From assembly GCA_943356495.1 (NCBI GenBank), contig CALRFF010000001.1, positions 193,012-257,011 on the forward strand: 64,000 nt of DNA, in the 5' to 3' direction. The stretch is from Candidatus Nomurabacteria bacterium. Its GTDB lineage: Bacteria; Patescibacteriota; Minisyncoccia; Phycocordibacterales; SBAW01. The notes beneath the pieces are model-generated. The model searched no databases. It saw nothing but the letters and a program-made list of their open reading frames with translations, and was not told the origin of the DNA. This document shows, one piece after another, positions 47,160 through 58,341 of the stretch. The number at the start of each line of letters is the position of its first letter. Positions within the stretch are counted from its first letter, which is position 1. Position numbers and translations under genes: made by a program.

Positions 47160-48404
47160 ATGACTCAGCCGCACCGCGCACTTTTGGCAACTCTTAGTGT
47201 CAGCGCATGGTGTGCATTTGTGCTAGCGGCATTTTTACTCCCCCGCGGAGAAGGCGTCGGACATGCCGCATTGGTGCTGGCGCTCCTTGGCGCCGCGGCG
47301 GCGGCTTTGGCGTACACCTATGCGCACTGGACGCCGGCCGCAGTACCCGAGCGCGACGAAACACTGCACCCTGAGATCGACACGGTAATTACCGACGGAC
47401 ATGTAGTGCCCGAAAGTATCCTCGCGGGGAGTGCGCCCTTGATTGCTGTGGTGCGCGAGGGCGAGCTACTCCACCCCGCCTTTGTCGATTCTTTAGCGCC
47501 GTACTTTACTGAGCGCTCGCTGGGGTTTGTACAAGCCGCCACCCGGTACGACGGCGTGGGGCGTGTGGCAGACGCATTCCGTATACAGCAAACACTGCTG
47601 CAGAACTTTGAACACGCTAAAAACTCACTTAACGCGGTAATGCTGCGCGGCAGCGGCGCGCTTATTGCGCGCGAGGCGCTCGAGCAGGCATACCGCCCCG
47701 GTATAGGGTTTGCCGAGTTGGGCTTGCGCATGCAGGCACTGGGCTATACGTCGCACGCTGAAACGCGCGCGCTAACACTTGCGTGGGCGCCGGAAACACT
47801 CGAGGAGTACTGGCCGCACCTGCTGCGCAACGCCCGACGCTCTTATACACTGCTGTACCCCGCACTGCGCACCAAAGGACTTTCCTTTGCGACACGCCTG
47901 CAGTATGCGGCTATACCAAGCGCATATACCGCGGCGGTTGCCGGCACACTGGCGCTGGTACTAACGCCGCCGGCACTGGTGCTGCGCGGCGTCGGGCCGG
48001 TCATACTGTCGGGTGCCGCACTGCCCGCACTTCTGGTGTTTGTAAGCGTATGTTTGATTGCCGCGCGTATGGTGGAAAAAATTGCCGCCGTGCCCGCAGC
48101 GCCGGTTGTGAGCTTAGTGGTGTCGGGCACTGCTCTTGCCGGGTATCGTCTTGGCTTGCTGTTCGGAAAAAAAATAAAAGTACGGGCGACCCCGCTGTTG
48201 CAAGCGGGGGCGGCGCAGTATGCAAACGCGCGGCGTGTGCTGCTTTCGGCAGCAAAAAAGCCCCAGAGGGGGCAATTTTTGCTCGCTGCGCGAGAGACGG
48301 GACTTGAACCCGCAACCTCCGCCGTGACAGGGCGGCGCTCTAACCAGTTGAGCTACTCCCGCGTGTCGGCGGAAGGACTTGCACCTTCGACCTTGGGTTT
48401 ATGA
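47160..48404 (+). CDS. Degenerate GT2 (cellulose-synthase-like) membrane protein; 3' end runs antisense through tRNAs
   Basis: GFVQ, GSGALIAREAL, GLRMQALGY and APETLEEY match the BcsA-like layout; TED and QxxRW are absent. Confidence 0.55.
   Translation: MTQPHRALLATLSVSAWCAFVLAAFLLPRGEGVGHAALVLALLGAAAAALAYTYAHWTPAAVPERDETLHPEIDTVITDGHVVPESILAGSAPLIAVVREGELLHPAFVDSLAPYFTERSLGFVQAATRYDGVGRVADAFRIQQTLLQNFEHAKNSLNAVMLRGSGALIAREALEQAYRPGIGFAELGLRMQALGYTSHAETRALTLAWAPETLEEYWPHLLRNARRSYTLLYPALRTKGLSFATRLQYAAIPSAYTAAVAGTLALVLTPPALVLRGVGPVILSGAALPALLVFVSVCLIAARMVEKIAAVPAAPVVSLVVSGTALAGYRLGLLFGKKIKVRATPLLQAGAAQYANARRVLLSAAKKPQRGQFLLAARETGLEPATSAVTGRRSNQLSYSRVSAEGLAPSTLGL
48251..48283. terminator. Terminator-like hairpin downstream of tRNA-Asp
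   Basis: AGCAAAAAAGCCCC-AGAG-GGGGCAATTTTTGCT. Confidence 0.6.
48289..48362 (-). tRNA. tRNA-Asp(GTC)
   Basis: GCGGGAG acceptor, CCGCC-CTGTCAC-GGCGG. Confidence 0.95.
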
Positions 48405-48437
48405 GTCCCATGCTCTAACTACCTGAGCTACGCCGAC
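48364..48437 (-). tRNA. tRNA with CAT anticodon (elongator Met or Ile2)
   Basis: GTCGGCG acceptor, TGGGA-CTCATAA-ACCCA, T-loop TGCAAGT. Confidence 0.88.
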
Positions 48438-48457
48438 GGTACGCAAAAAGTACCACG

Positions 48458-49066
48458 TTAGGCCCTATTTTTCAATTTTAGATATACGTGCGCGTACGCA
48501 ATGAGTGAGACCGGTATGGTAACCAGAAGCCCCACTGCAAGCGCCAATGCGCCGAGCAGGTTAATGACACCGAGTACCAAAAAGAACCACAGCAACTTCC
48601 ACTTGTGTCCGTGGGTAAGACGGCTGCTTTTGCGCAAACTTTCGGTAATGTGTGCGCCTTCGAGCACCGCAAAACGCGCCATGCTAAAGCGCAGCGCAAG
48701 ATATATGCCGGGGATAATAAGAGCAATAATACCGACAAATACCAACAGTCCCGCAACTACCGACGTGCAGAAGTACAACCATACCGTTTGCGCCTTGGGA
48801 ACGAGGTCGTGGTAGTGCGCCGGTTGGCTGTGCGCGAGTTTGAGTGCGATATGCATAAAGCCCGCACCAAGGATAACCCCGGCAACCGCAAGCGCAAACG
48901 ACGCAAGCACACCGAGTACCGTGCCTGCAAGCACTTTGTCGACGATAGCCGACGTTACCTGCAGCGCAAACAGTGTAAGTAGTACTTGGAACAGGAGCGC
49001 GCTGTGGTCGCGTGTTTTGTGCCACCCAAACCGGAGCGCTTCATGTATAGAGAAAGCGTGTGTCAT
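48458..49066 (-). CDS. Integral membrane protein (DUF975-like)
   Basis: LIIPGIYLALRFS, SLRKSSRLTHGHKWKL. Confidence 0.75.
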   Translation of the reverse strand: MTHAFSIHEALRFGWHKTRDHSALLFQVLLTLFALQVTSAIVDKVLAGTVLGVLASFALAVAGVILGAGFMHIALKLAHSQPAHYHDLVPKAQTVWLYFCTSVVAGLLVFVGIIALIIPGIYLALRFSMARFAVLEGAHITESLRKSSRLTHGHKWKLLWFFLVLGVINLLGALALAVGLLVTIPVSLIAYAHVYLKLKNRA

Positions 49067-49106
49067 GCTTGTATAGTATCACTTTTTCTGCTATTATGGT
49101 GTCAAT

Positions 49107-49178
49107 AGCGGGGTGGAGCAGTAGTAGCTCGCAAGGCTCATAACCTTGAGGTCGCGGGTGCAATTCCCGCCCCCGCAA
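49107..49178 (+). tRNA. Initiator tRNA-fMet(CAT)
   Basis: Unpaired 1:72, GCGGGG/CCCCGC, TGGAGCAG..TAGCTCG, CAAGG-CTCATAA-CCTTG. Confidence 0.9.
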
Positions 49179-49187
49179 CACGTATAA

Positions 49188-49784
49188 CTAGAGGAAATTA
49201 AACTCCTCAAAGACCCGTTTGTATTGGTCTATGGTTGTTTGCACGTCGCGCTCGTTAAGCACCAGTGCGTTGCCCTCGTGCGCTATTTTGTTGCGCATTT
49301 TGTGCGCCTCCCACGCCACGTCGAGCGTCCGCATCTGGAATGGGTTCGCCATGCGCAGCTGGTCGGCCACGGTCGGGCCTTCAAACCCTTTAGAGTTGAG
49401 CGCGTCGGCAAGCATGATATCGGCCTCAAGTATCGCGCGACGCCAGTCGCTTTCGTTGGCACTTGTTGCGAGCGCCACAATGTCGTCCCACCGGCTATGC
49501 GTGCGGGTCTCGCCCAGAGGCCCGTGCGCTTGTGCGTGGGCCTCATGCTCCTCTTCCTCCAGCGCATGAAAGCCCTCGTGCTCCACCTGCACCATGCGTA
49601 GCTGTGCATACACCACCAACACCAACAGGATAAGCGAGAGCACCATGCCGAGCACTACGACACTTTGCACCACCGCCATGACCCACGCGGGTATGGCATC
49701 GGCGGGGAACGAAAGCCCCGAGACAAACTCGTAGGTGCGCACTAAAAAATATTCGAGATTAAGAAAATGGACGCTCTCCTGCAT
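49188..49784 (-). CDS. Hypothetical membrane-anchored protein
   Basis: One TM, WRRAILEAD, AWEAHKMRNKIAHEG. Confidence 0.8.
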   Translation of the reverse strand: MQESVHFLNLEYFLVRTYEFVSGLSFPADAIPAWVMAVVQSVVVLGMVLSLILLVLVVYAQLRMVQVEHEGFHALEEEEHEAHAQAHGPLGETRTHSRWDDIVALATSANESDWRRAILEADIMLADALNSKGFEGPTVADQLRMANPFQMRTLDVAWEAHKMRNKIAHEGNALVLNERDVQTTIDQYKRVFEEFNFL

Positions 49785-49788
49785 CCTC

Positions 49789-51189
49789 TTATTCTAACGC
49801 CTTTCCTATACTAAAGAGCGTCGCTTCGTCCCCATGCGCGGCGGTTAGCTGTATCCCGACAGGTAAATCGGCACCGTCTCTTGCAACCGTGCCCATGGGC
49901 ACGGAAACGGCAGGGTTGCCCGTAAGGTTTGCCGTAACGGTAAAAATGTCGGCCAAGTACGCCGAGAGCGGGTCGGACTTCTCCCCTATCTTCCATGCAG
50001 GGAACGGAGCGGTGGGTGTAGCGATTGCGGACACTTCTGCAAGTGCAGCGGAAAATTCTTTACGCAATACTTCGCGCGCCGCGGTCGCTTTGCCGAAGTA
50101 TGCGTCGTAGTAACCGGCCGAAAGTACATAGGTGCCGAGCATAATGCGGCGGCGCACCTCGGGGCCAAAGCCTTCGCCGCGGCTTGTCGCATAATCATCA
50201 AGCAGTGTTTCTCCTTTAATAGAGAGTCCGTACCGGACACCGTCAAAACGCGCGAGGTTGGTCGAACTTTCGGCCGGCATAATAATGTAGTACACCGCGA
50301 GCGCCAAACCGGCCGACGGCAGGCTGATGTCTACAATCTCGTATCCTTGCATTTGTAGTTTTTTTAACGCTTGGTCAAACTGTGCTAATACCTCCGGCTC
50401 TATCCCCTGCGCAAGTAAAGCGCGTGGTACTCCTATTTTTTTATTATCCGCTTTAGCCGCCGGCAATTGAACAGTGGTGCTGTCGAGCGGATCGACGCCG
50501 CATATGGCGTTAAACAATAATTCCGCATCGGCGACCGTTTTAGTAAGCGGACCTATTTGGTCAAGCGAGGAACCCATAGCCATAAGACCGGAGCGGCTTA
50601 CTGCACCGTACGTCGGTTTAAAGCCGACCACTCCGCAAAATGCCGCCGGCTCGCGCACCGAGCCGCCCGTATCGCTACCTAGCGCACCGAGCGCCATATG
50701 CGCCGCAACTACCGCAGCCGAGCCGCCGGAAGAGCCGCCGGTTACGCGGGACTCGTCATGCGGATTTTTAGCGGGACCGAAGGCGGAGTTTTCGTTGCTG
50801 CCGCCCATGGCAAACTCGTCCATGTTGGTGCGGCCCAAAAAGACAACCCCTGCTTCTTTTAATTTCTTTATTGCGGTCGCGTCGTACGTTGCTACATAGT
50901 GCTCCAACATTTTACTTGCCGCACTCGCTGTTCTTCCCTCGATTAAAATATTGTCTTTAACGGCAAGCGGGATACCGAGCAAGGGATGGCTTTCCCCCGC
51001 GGCACGACGCGAGTCTGCCGCTTTTGCCTGCTCGCGCGCGTCGGCAAACACTTCCAAGTACGCGTTAAGCGAGCCGTTTCTTTTTTCTATCTCCGCCAAA
51101 CACGCCTCGGTTAGCTGCAGCGAGGTTACTTCGCCCGCGGCGAGCTTTTTTGAAGCTTCTGTAATTGAAAGCTCGTTGAGATTACTCAT
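49789..51189 (-). CDS. gatA: Asp/Glu-tRNA amidotransferase subunit A
   Basis: KDNI, GGSSGGS, GSDTGGSVR, NLARFDGVRYG, EVRRRIMLGT. Confidence 0.97.
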   Translation of the reverse strand: MSNLNELSITEASKKLAAGEVTSLQLTEACLAEIEKRNGSLNAYLEVFADAREQAKAADSRRAAGESHPLLGIPLAVKDNILIEGRTASAASKMLEHYVATYDATAIKKLKEAGVVFLGRTNMDEFAMGGSNENSAFGPAKNPHDESRVTGGSSGGSAAVVAAHMALGALGSDTGGSVREPAAFCGVVGFKPTYGAVSRSGLMAMGSSLDQIGPLTKTVADAELLFNAICGVDPLDSTTVQLPAAKADNKKIGVPRALLAQGIEPEVLAQFDQALKKLQMQGYEIVDISLPSAGLALAVYYIIMPAESSTNLARFDGVRYGLSIKGETLLDDYATSRGEGFGPEVRRRIMLGTYVLSAGYYDAYFGKATAAREVLRKEFSAALAEVSAIATPTAPFPAWKIGEKSDPLSAYLADIFTVTANLTGNPAVSVPMGTVARDGADLPVGIQLTAAHGDEATLFSIGKALE

Positions 51190-51487
51190 CTTTTTGGATT
51201 ATTTTGCGCACGACGTTAAAGTCGCCCTCGCGTGTAGGGAACGCGGCGCGCACCACCTCTTCTTTGCCCGAAAGCGTGTCGCCCGCGGCGCGCGGCGTGT
51301 CGTCGCGCATAACGTTGCGCTGTAGCGGCTTCTCATCGGTTGCAGCAGCGGAAAAAGCAGATACCTGCCCCACATAGTCGAGTATGTTTGAGATATCTTT
51401 TTGCAGGCTCTCTACCTCTCCTGCGCTGAGTTTAAGCCGTGCAAGCGCGGCCAAATTCTGTACCTCGTCTTTCGAAATCATTGCCAT
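51182..51487 (-). CDS. gatC: Asp/Glu-tRNA amidotransferase subunit C
   Basis: EVQNLAALARL, ILDYV, MRDD; adjacent to gatA. Confidence 0.92.
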   Translation of the reverse strand: MAMISKDEVQNLAALARLKLSAGEVESLQKDISNILDYVGQVSAFSAAATDEKPLQRNVMRDDTPRAAGDTLSGKEEVVRAAFPTREGDFNVVRKIIQKDE

Positions 51488-51495
51488 ATACTACC

Positions 51496-53526
<2,031 letters not shown>

Positions 53527-53557
53527 TTACAGTCGGGGAGCCGACCAAAGCGTCGGC

Positions 53558-54052
53558 TTAGTAGGATACCTGCAACGCGCGCTCAACGCGCGTAACGCCG
53601 CCCGCCGCGCAGGTGTTGTACCCGTGCGAAATAATAGTGGTACGCGCAGGGGTGCCTGTTTTTGCAATAGTGACTATCGCACAGTACGGCTGCGGGGAAA
53701 AGTTGATAGTGATAGTGGTGGTGGCGTCGTAGTCGGCCTGCGTTACGCTCCATGGAGCAGCCACGATGTCTTGCCCGTTGCACAACAAGCCTGCACCGGC
53801 GACCGGCACGGTCGACTCGGTCGAGGTGGCAAACGCGCTACCCGCGTTGCACCCGCTAGCTTCGCACTGTGTGTCCCAATACAGCGCGCACTCCGCGCCG
53901 GTGTCGGCGGCGTAAATAGCGTACTGTGACTGGTTGGCGGTTGCCGACAGGTTAAGCTCGCGCACCGTAAGGTCGTAGATAGAAAGTCCTATCGCCAACG
54001 CGAGGCTGGTAATAAGTGTTGCAAAAAATATGGTGAAGCCGTTTTTTTTCAT
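53558..54052 (-). CDS. Minor pilin, PilX-like
   Basis: GFTIFF N-terminus without Glu5, AIYAADTGAECALYWD, VERAL. Confidence 0.8.
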   Translation of the reverse strand: MKKNGFTIFFATLITSLALAIGLSIYDLTVRELNLSATANQSQYAIYAADTGAECALYWDTQCEASGCNAGSAFATSTESTVPVAGAGLLCNGQDIVAAPWSVTQADYDATTTITINFSPQPYCAIVTIAKTGTPARTTIISHGYNTCAAGGVTRVERALQVSY

Positions 54053-54055
54053 ACG

Positions 54056-54625
54056 TTATTGCCAATTAAACAAGTTTTCGCGGACGGTAATGTTGTGTAT
54101 AACGCCTGGCAAGTCGCTCCATGTCACCTTTACCACCAACGAAGCCTCGGATGTGTTGGCGCCCACCGGAGTCGTAATAGTAACCGTGCGGGTGTACAAG
54201 GAGGGTGTGTTCGGGTCGCTGCTGTTGTAGGTAAAGTATTGGTTTGACGGGTCAAAGTACATCACCGGGCACGCGCCACTGCAGGCCGTGGGCGCGGACG
54301 GGTTGTTGGCGAGCGAGTCAAAGTAGCAGGATGCCGAGCCGTCGGCTGATACACACGGGGTAAGCACGGTCGAAAGGCTTGCGCCCGAGCTGTTGAGCCA
54401 ATCGAGGCCTTTAAGCCTATTTGAGTCGCGCGCAAAGCGCACATACTCGACCGCATCCTGCGCCAAGTAATACGCGGTGGTCTGGTCTTTGGCTATCAGT
54501 GCGGTCGTAAGCCCCTTGCTCGCAATAGTTAACGGCCCCGCAATAGCGGTCGCCAAGATAAGCACCGCCACCAAAGTTTCGATAAGCGTAAAGCCGCGCA
54601 CTATGTGTTTGAGTTTATTGATCAT
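54056..54625 (-). CDS. Minor pilin, PilV-like
   Basis: RGFTLIETLVA prepilin motif. Confidence 0.88.
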   Translation of the reverse strand: MINKLKHIVRGFTLIETLVAVLILATAIAGPLTIASKGLTTALIAKDQTTAYYLAQDAVEYVRFARDSNRLKGLDWLNSSGASLSTVLTPCVSADGSASCYFDSLANNPSAPTACSGACPVMYFDPSNQYFTYNSSDPNTPSLYTRTVTITTPVGANTSEASLVVKVTWSDLPGVIHNITVRENLFNWQ

Positions 54626-55199
54626 AGAGACGTTGGGTGACGCTGGTTTCGAGATTAAAGTTTGTTCTGCGCGTACCGGTAACCTGCACATAGCCGCTCA
54701 TCAGTACGGTGAGCTTTGGCTGGAAGGTGTCGGAAGGAGTAAGCCCTGATCCTAAAAGATAAAAGGAAAGGTTGGTGATAACCACCTCGGGGGCGGTTAC
54801 CGCCGCCCATGCGCCACCGTTTATCGAACGCGCCAGACAACCTATCGCCACGCTTTGTCCGCAGACCGTGCCGGCGGACGGGTCGGTGGAGGTATTTTCA
54901 AGACGATACGCGATGGTCGAGCCGTCGGCTGCTGAAAAAGAAAAAGAGGAAGCTCCCGGCGGCGTAGTGCAATCCCCGCCGCCGGCGCATCCGCTGCTAT
55001 ACCCATAGCCGGTGCGCACCGCGCGCGAGATTGAGTCGATAGAGAAGTTGAGGTTGTTGATGACCGACTTAAGCGTCTGCGCCTTGCGATCGCTTTCCGA
55101 CATCGCAAGCAGGGCGCCGAGCGCGATAACCATCACCACGGTAAAAATTGCCGTAGAGACCAGCATTTCGATAAGGGTAAATCCTGTAGGTCGGGTCAT
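54615..55199 (-). CDS. Minor pilin, PilW-like
   Basis: GFTLIEMLVS prepilin motif. Confidence 0.88.
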   Translation of the reverse strand: MTRPTGFTLIEMLVSTAIFTVVMVIALGALLAMSESDRKAQTLKSVINNLNFSIDSISRAVRTGYGYSSGCAGGGDCTTPPGASSFSFSAADGSTIAYRLENTSTDPSAGTVCGQSVAIGCLARSINGGAWAAVTAPEVVITNLSFYLLGSGLTPSDTFQPKLTVLMSGYVQVTGTRRTNFNLETSVTQRLYDQ

Positions 55200-55204
55200 A
55201 CGTA

Positions 55205-55882
55205 TTACGTGCCGGAAACGCCCACGGCTATCTGCCCCGTCGGCGAGACGGTGATGCTGTGTGTGTTGGTGGGGTCATTGATGGCGGAGACTTGAATGTA
55301 GGCGTTGTTGTAGGTGCCGCCGGCACTCGAGACAAACAGTGCATCGGGGTTGGGGCGTTTAAAATACACGGACAGCCACGTGAGCGTACCGCCGCCCGCG
55401 TTGAGCCAGCACTGCTGAGCGCCGGTTGTGGGGGTGGCGCAAAATTTGCTTATTCTGAACCCCGCCCCTATCTGATACGTTTGCACAATGGTGTCGCTGC
55501 CCGCCGCATATGAGCCGTCGCCGTTATTGTCGGCAAACAGCAGATAACTCGTGGCGTTGTTAAAGTACACGCCGTAGGCGGGCGCGTAGCACGCGCCCGC
55601 GCTATAGAATCCGGAGCAGTTACTTTGTGCGGTAACGTTGGCGCGCACGGAAATGCCGTACACCTGCGCCGAGCGGACCGTAAGCGCTATCGAGTAGGAC
55701 AAGCTGCGCAGCAGCGTCGAGGAGTCGAAGCGCGCCTGGCGGATTAAGATAGTGGCGGTAATGACCACAATGATAGCGACCACCACTACCAGCTCGACAA
55801 GCGTAAACCCCCGCCTGCCGGTAGGTAGGCTCTTACAGAGCTTAGAGGAAAAGTATCGGGAGAGTAGAGAAAAAATCCGCAT
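55205..55882 (-). CDS. Minor pilin, FimT/GspH-like
   Basis: RRGFTLVELVVV; start uncertain. Confidence 0.85.
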   Translation of the reverse strand: MRIFSLLSRYFSSKLCKSLPTGRRGFTLVELVVVVAIIVVITATILIRQARFDSSTLLRSLSYSIALTVRSAQVYGISVRANVTAQSNCSGFYSAGACYAPAYGVYFNNATSYLLFADNNGDGSYAAGSDTIVQTYQIGAGFRISKFCATPTTGAQQCWLNAGGGTLTWLSVYFKRPNPDALFVSSAGGTYNNAYIQVSAINDPTNTHSITVSPTGQIAVGVSGT

Positions 55883-56585
55883 GAAAGAAGTACGCAACCC
55901 CCGCGCCCAGTACAAGAAAAGGGGCAAAGGGCAACTCACTCTTCATTGTATATCCCTTCTTAAGTATGAGGACCGCAATGCCCACAGCGGCACCTACCCA
56001 AAACGCGAGTATAAAGCCCGTAAGCCCCATGGTAAGTCCTAACAACCAACCAAGCCCCAGCTCTAAAGCACCGTCTCCCCACCCCATCCAAGTACCGCGG
56101 GACACCAACGAGAGTAGCAGCAAGGGAGCAGCTAGTAGAGGTCCCGCGGCAAAACTCCAAGCATCAAATCCCAAAGTCCAAACATGTACCAAACCCAAGA
56201 GCGCAAGCAAGCCCGAGCAGCTCCACGGGATAATGTAGTGGCGCAGGTCGTATACCACGACAAACAACAGCAACATCCACACCACAAACCAATACGCAAA
56301 CAACAGCGGTTCGGGGTTACGGTAATAGATACCCACCGCAAGCACGGTAGCCGCGACCTCTACCAGCGGATACTGCCAGGAAACCTTGGAGGCACAGTAG
56401 CGGCAACGGCCGCGCAAAAACAAGTAGGAAAAGACGGGCACTAGATCGAGTACGCCGAGGGTATGCCCGCACCGCATACACCGGGAGCGGCCGCGCAGAA
56501 CCGATTTGCCGGTACCCAAGCGGAATGAAAGCGCGTTTAAAAAACTCCCCCCTATCGCGCCCAGCAGTGCGGCAGCGACGAGCAT
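55842..56585 (-). CDS. pilD: Prepilin peptidase
   Basis: GSFLN, RSRCMRC, GRCRYC, YPLVE, MGWGD, LPFAPFL. Confidence 0.93.
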   Translation of the reverse strand: MLVAAALLGAIGGSFLNALSFRLGTGKSVLRGRSRCMRCGHTLGVLDLVPVFSYLFLRGRCRYCASKVSWQYPLVEVAATVLAVGIYYRNPEPLLFAYWFVVWMLLLFVVVYDLRHYIIPWSCSGLLALLGLVHVWTLGFDAWSFAAGPLLAAPLLLLSLVSRGTWMGWGDGALELGLGWLLGLTMGLTGFILAFWVGAAVGIAVLILKKGYTMKSELPFAPFLVLGAGVAYFFHADFFSTLPILFL

Positions 56586-57214
56586 TAGTTAGTGACGTCG
56601 TAACACGTTTCTGTCCCGCTTGGCTGAGCACTGCCGGGGTTGTTGCGACACTGGGCGGGTGATACGGCGGTATCCAAGCCGGAGAAGTCGCCGGCACCGG
56701 CGCCGGTACACGCTATAAAGCCGGCCATCACGCCGCTACCCGCAAGCGGCGCGTCGACGTCTTGGGTCAGTGCGGTATTGGCGGTCTGTTGGAATCCCAC
56801 CCCTAAGTGGTACTTAACTGAAGGGTTACTGGTAGTGCACGCAGCGCTCGCGCCATATGCATATGCTTGGTAGGTGTAGCAGCCGGCGGTGGTGGGTGTC
56901 GTGGCGCACGTTTGCGGCGTCGTGTTGCCTGAAGGGTCGGTGGATACCACCGAGATGTAGCTCGGGGCAAGGCCGTTGTTCGGCGCCGTGCCGGACGTAG
57001 CGTATATATTTTTCGGATACATTAGGTTGTCGTTGTAGTAGAGCTCGAGCGATACTTGGATGCTTTTAATATCCGCGATGCGCCGAGCATCGTTGCCCTT
57101 GGCGCGGGAAGAGGAAAGACTGCCGGTAATAATAGTGGCCAAAATGCCGATAATGGCGATAACGACCATCAGCTCTATAAGGGTAAATCCCCGCTTGAGT
57201 GAAGATACACGCAT
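56585..57214 (-). CDS. Type IV pilin-like protein (GspG-like)
   Basis: [38 protein letters not shown]. Confidence 0.9.
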   Translation of the reverse strand: MRVSSLKRGFTLIELMVVIAIIGILATIITGSLSSSRAKGNDARRIADIKSIQVSLELYYNDNLMYPKNIYATSGTAPNNGLAPSYISVVSTDPSGNTTPQTCATTPTTAGCYTYQAYAYGASAACTTSNPSVKYHLGVGFQQTANTALTQDVDAPLAGSGVMAGFIACTGAGAGDFSGLDTAVSPAQCRNNPGSAQPSGTETCYDVTN

Positions 57215-57228
57215 AGAAACAGTATACC

Positions 57229-57672
57229 TTACGGACACGCGACGGTGGTGTTGGCGCTTGCGACGCTGTTGGTTTTACCGGTCGAGTCCATGCAGAAGTA
57301 TTTGGTAGCGTCGCTCGGCAACCTGCCGTAGAGCGCGTAGGCGGTAAAACTGTTGCTAGCGACCGTGGCTTTGACGTTTACGGCCCCGCCGTTGTTGGTG
57401 ATGTCGTCGGAAAGCGTCTTGCAGTTGTTGCCTGACAGCGCATTTAGAGTGTCCGTAGCGGTAATGCAGGAGTTTGCCCCCGCAATATACGCCCCGCTTA
57501 TAGCGACCTCGCTTTCTATCTGGATACGGATTTGCCGCACATCGCTGGCAACACGCGTGTCTTTACCCTTGTTGCGGGCGCTACTTAAAGACACGAGGAC
57601 AATCGAGGCTAAAATACCGATAATGGCGATAACGACCAATAGTTCTATAAGGGTAAAGCCCCTTGCGTGCAT
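57229..57672 (-). CDS. Type IV pilin
   Basis: [30 protein letters not shown], terminal Cys. Confidence 0.92.
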   Translation of the reverse strand: MHARGFTLIELLVVIAIIGILASIVLVSLSSARNKGKDTRVASDVRQIRIQIESEVAISGAYIAGANSCITATDTLNALSGNNCKTLSDDITNNGGAVNVKATVASNSFTAYALYGRLPSDATKYFCMDSTGKTNSVASANTTVACP

Positions 57673-57690
57673 ACCCATACAGTATATATA

Positions 57691-57721
57691 CAAAATCCCC
57701 GGCTGTAGGCCGGGGATTTTG
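57691..57721. terminator. Intrinsic terminator after the probable major pilin
   Basis: CAAAATCCCCGGC-TGTAG-GCCGGGGATTTTG. Confidence 0.85.
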
Positions 57722-57741
57722 TTTGAAAGCTACAGAGAAGA

Positions 57742-58227
57742 CTAGCGGCAGGTTGCAGCGCCGCCCACGGCGACAATGGCGGCAAAAGTGCCGTTGTTGC
57801 CGGTCGAGTCTACACAGAAGTACTGCCCGGTGTTGAGCAGGCCCCAAACAGCGTAGGAGGTCGCGTTCGGGACGGTGGCCGAGCCGGTCGTCGAGTTAGT
57901 CGAGACGCGGAACGTGATAGCCGTGCCGGTGCTGTTGTTTGTAGCATCGGTTTCGAGCGTCGCCAAGTTGGCATTAGCCGCCGTAACCTTAGTACCGCCT
58001 ACGTTAGCCGCAGAGGCTGCTGCGTAGAGGTCTTGGTATACACCACCAGTGAGGTCAGACTCGAGCTGGACGCGGATTTGGTTGACGTTGGAGACGATGC
58101 GGGCGTCTTTACCCTTGTTGCGGGCGCTGTTAAGAGAGACAAGCACGATGGACGCCAAAATACCGATGATGGCTATAACAACCAAGAGTTCGATAAGAGT
58201 GAAGCCCCGCCCGATAAATTTCTTCAT
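57742..58227 (-). CDS. Type IV pilin (probable major pilin)
   Basis: [30 protein letters not shown]; has its own upstream intergenic region and terminator. Confidence 0.92.
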   Translation of the reverse strand: MKKFIGRGFTLIELLVVIAIIGILASIVLVSLNSARNKGKDARIVSNVNQIRVQLESDLTGGVYQDLYAAASAANVGGTKVTAANANLATLETDATNNSTGTAITFRVSTNSTTGSATVPNATSYAVWGLLNTGQYFCVDSTGNNGTFAAIVAVGGAATCR

Positions 58228-58341
58228 ATAGTACTAATATCCAATAAATAAATAATAAGATTGGTTGGACGCCCTTTAGTATAAGCCCCTTCCCTATAGT
58301 GGCAAAACCCCCCTTGTGGATAGCCTGCCTACGATATAGGC

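Noticed and set aside
53558-58227. Diversity-generating retroelement or shufflon acting on pilins
   Set aside because: No reverse transcriptase, no adenine-specific TR/VR pair, and no invertase or inverted cassettes; all pilins are co-oriented.
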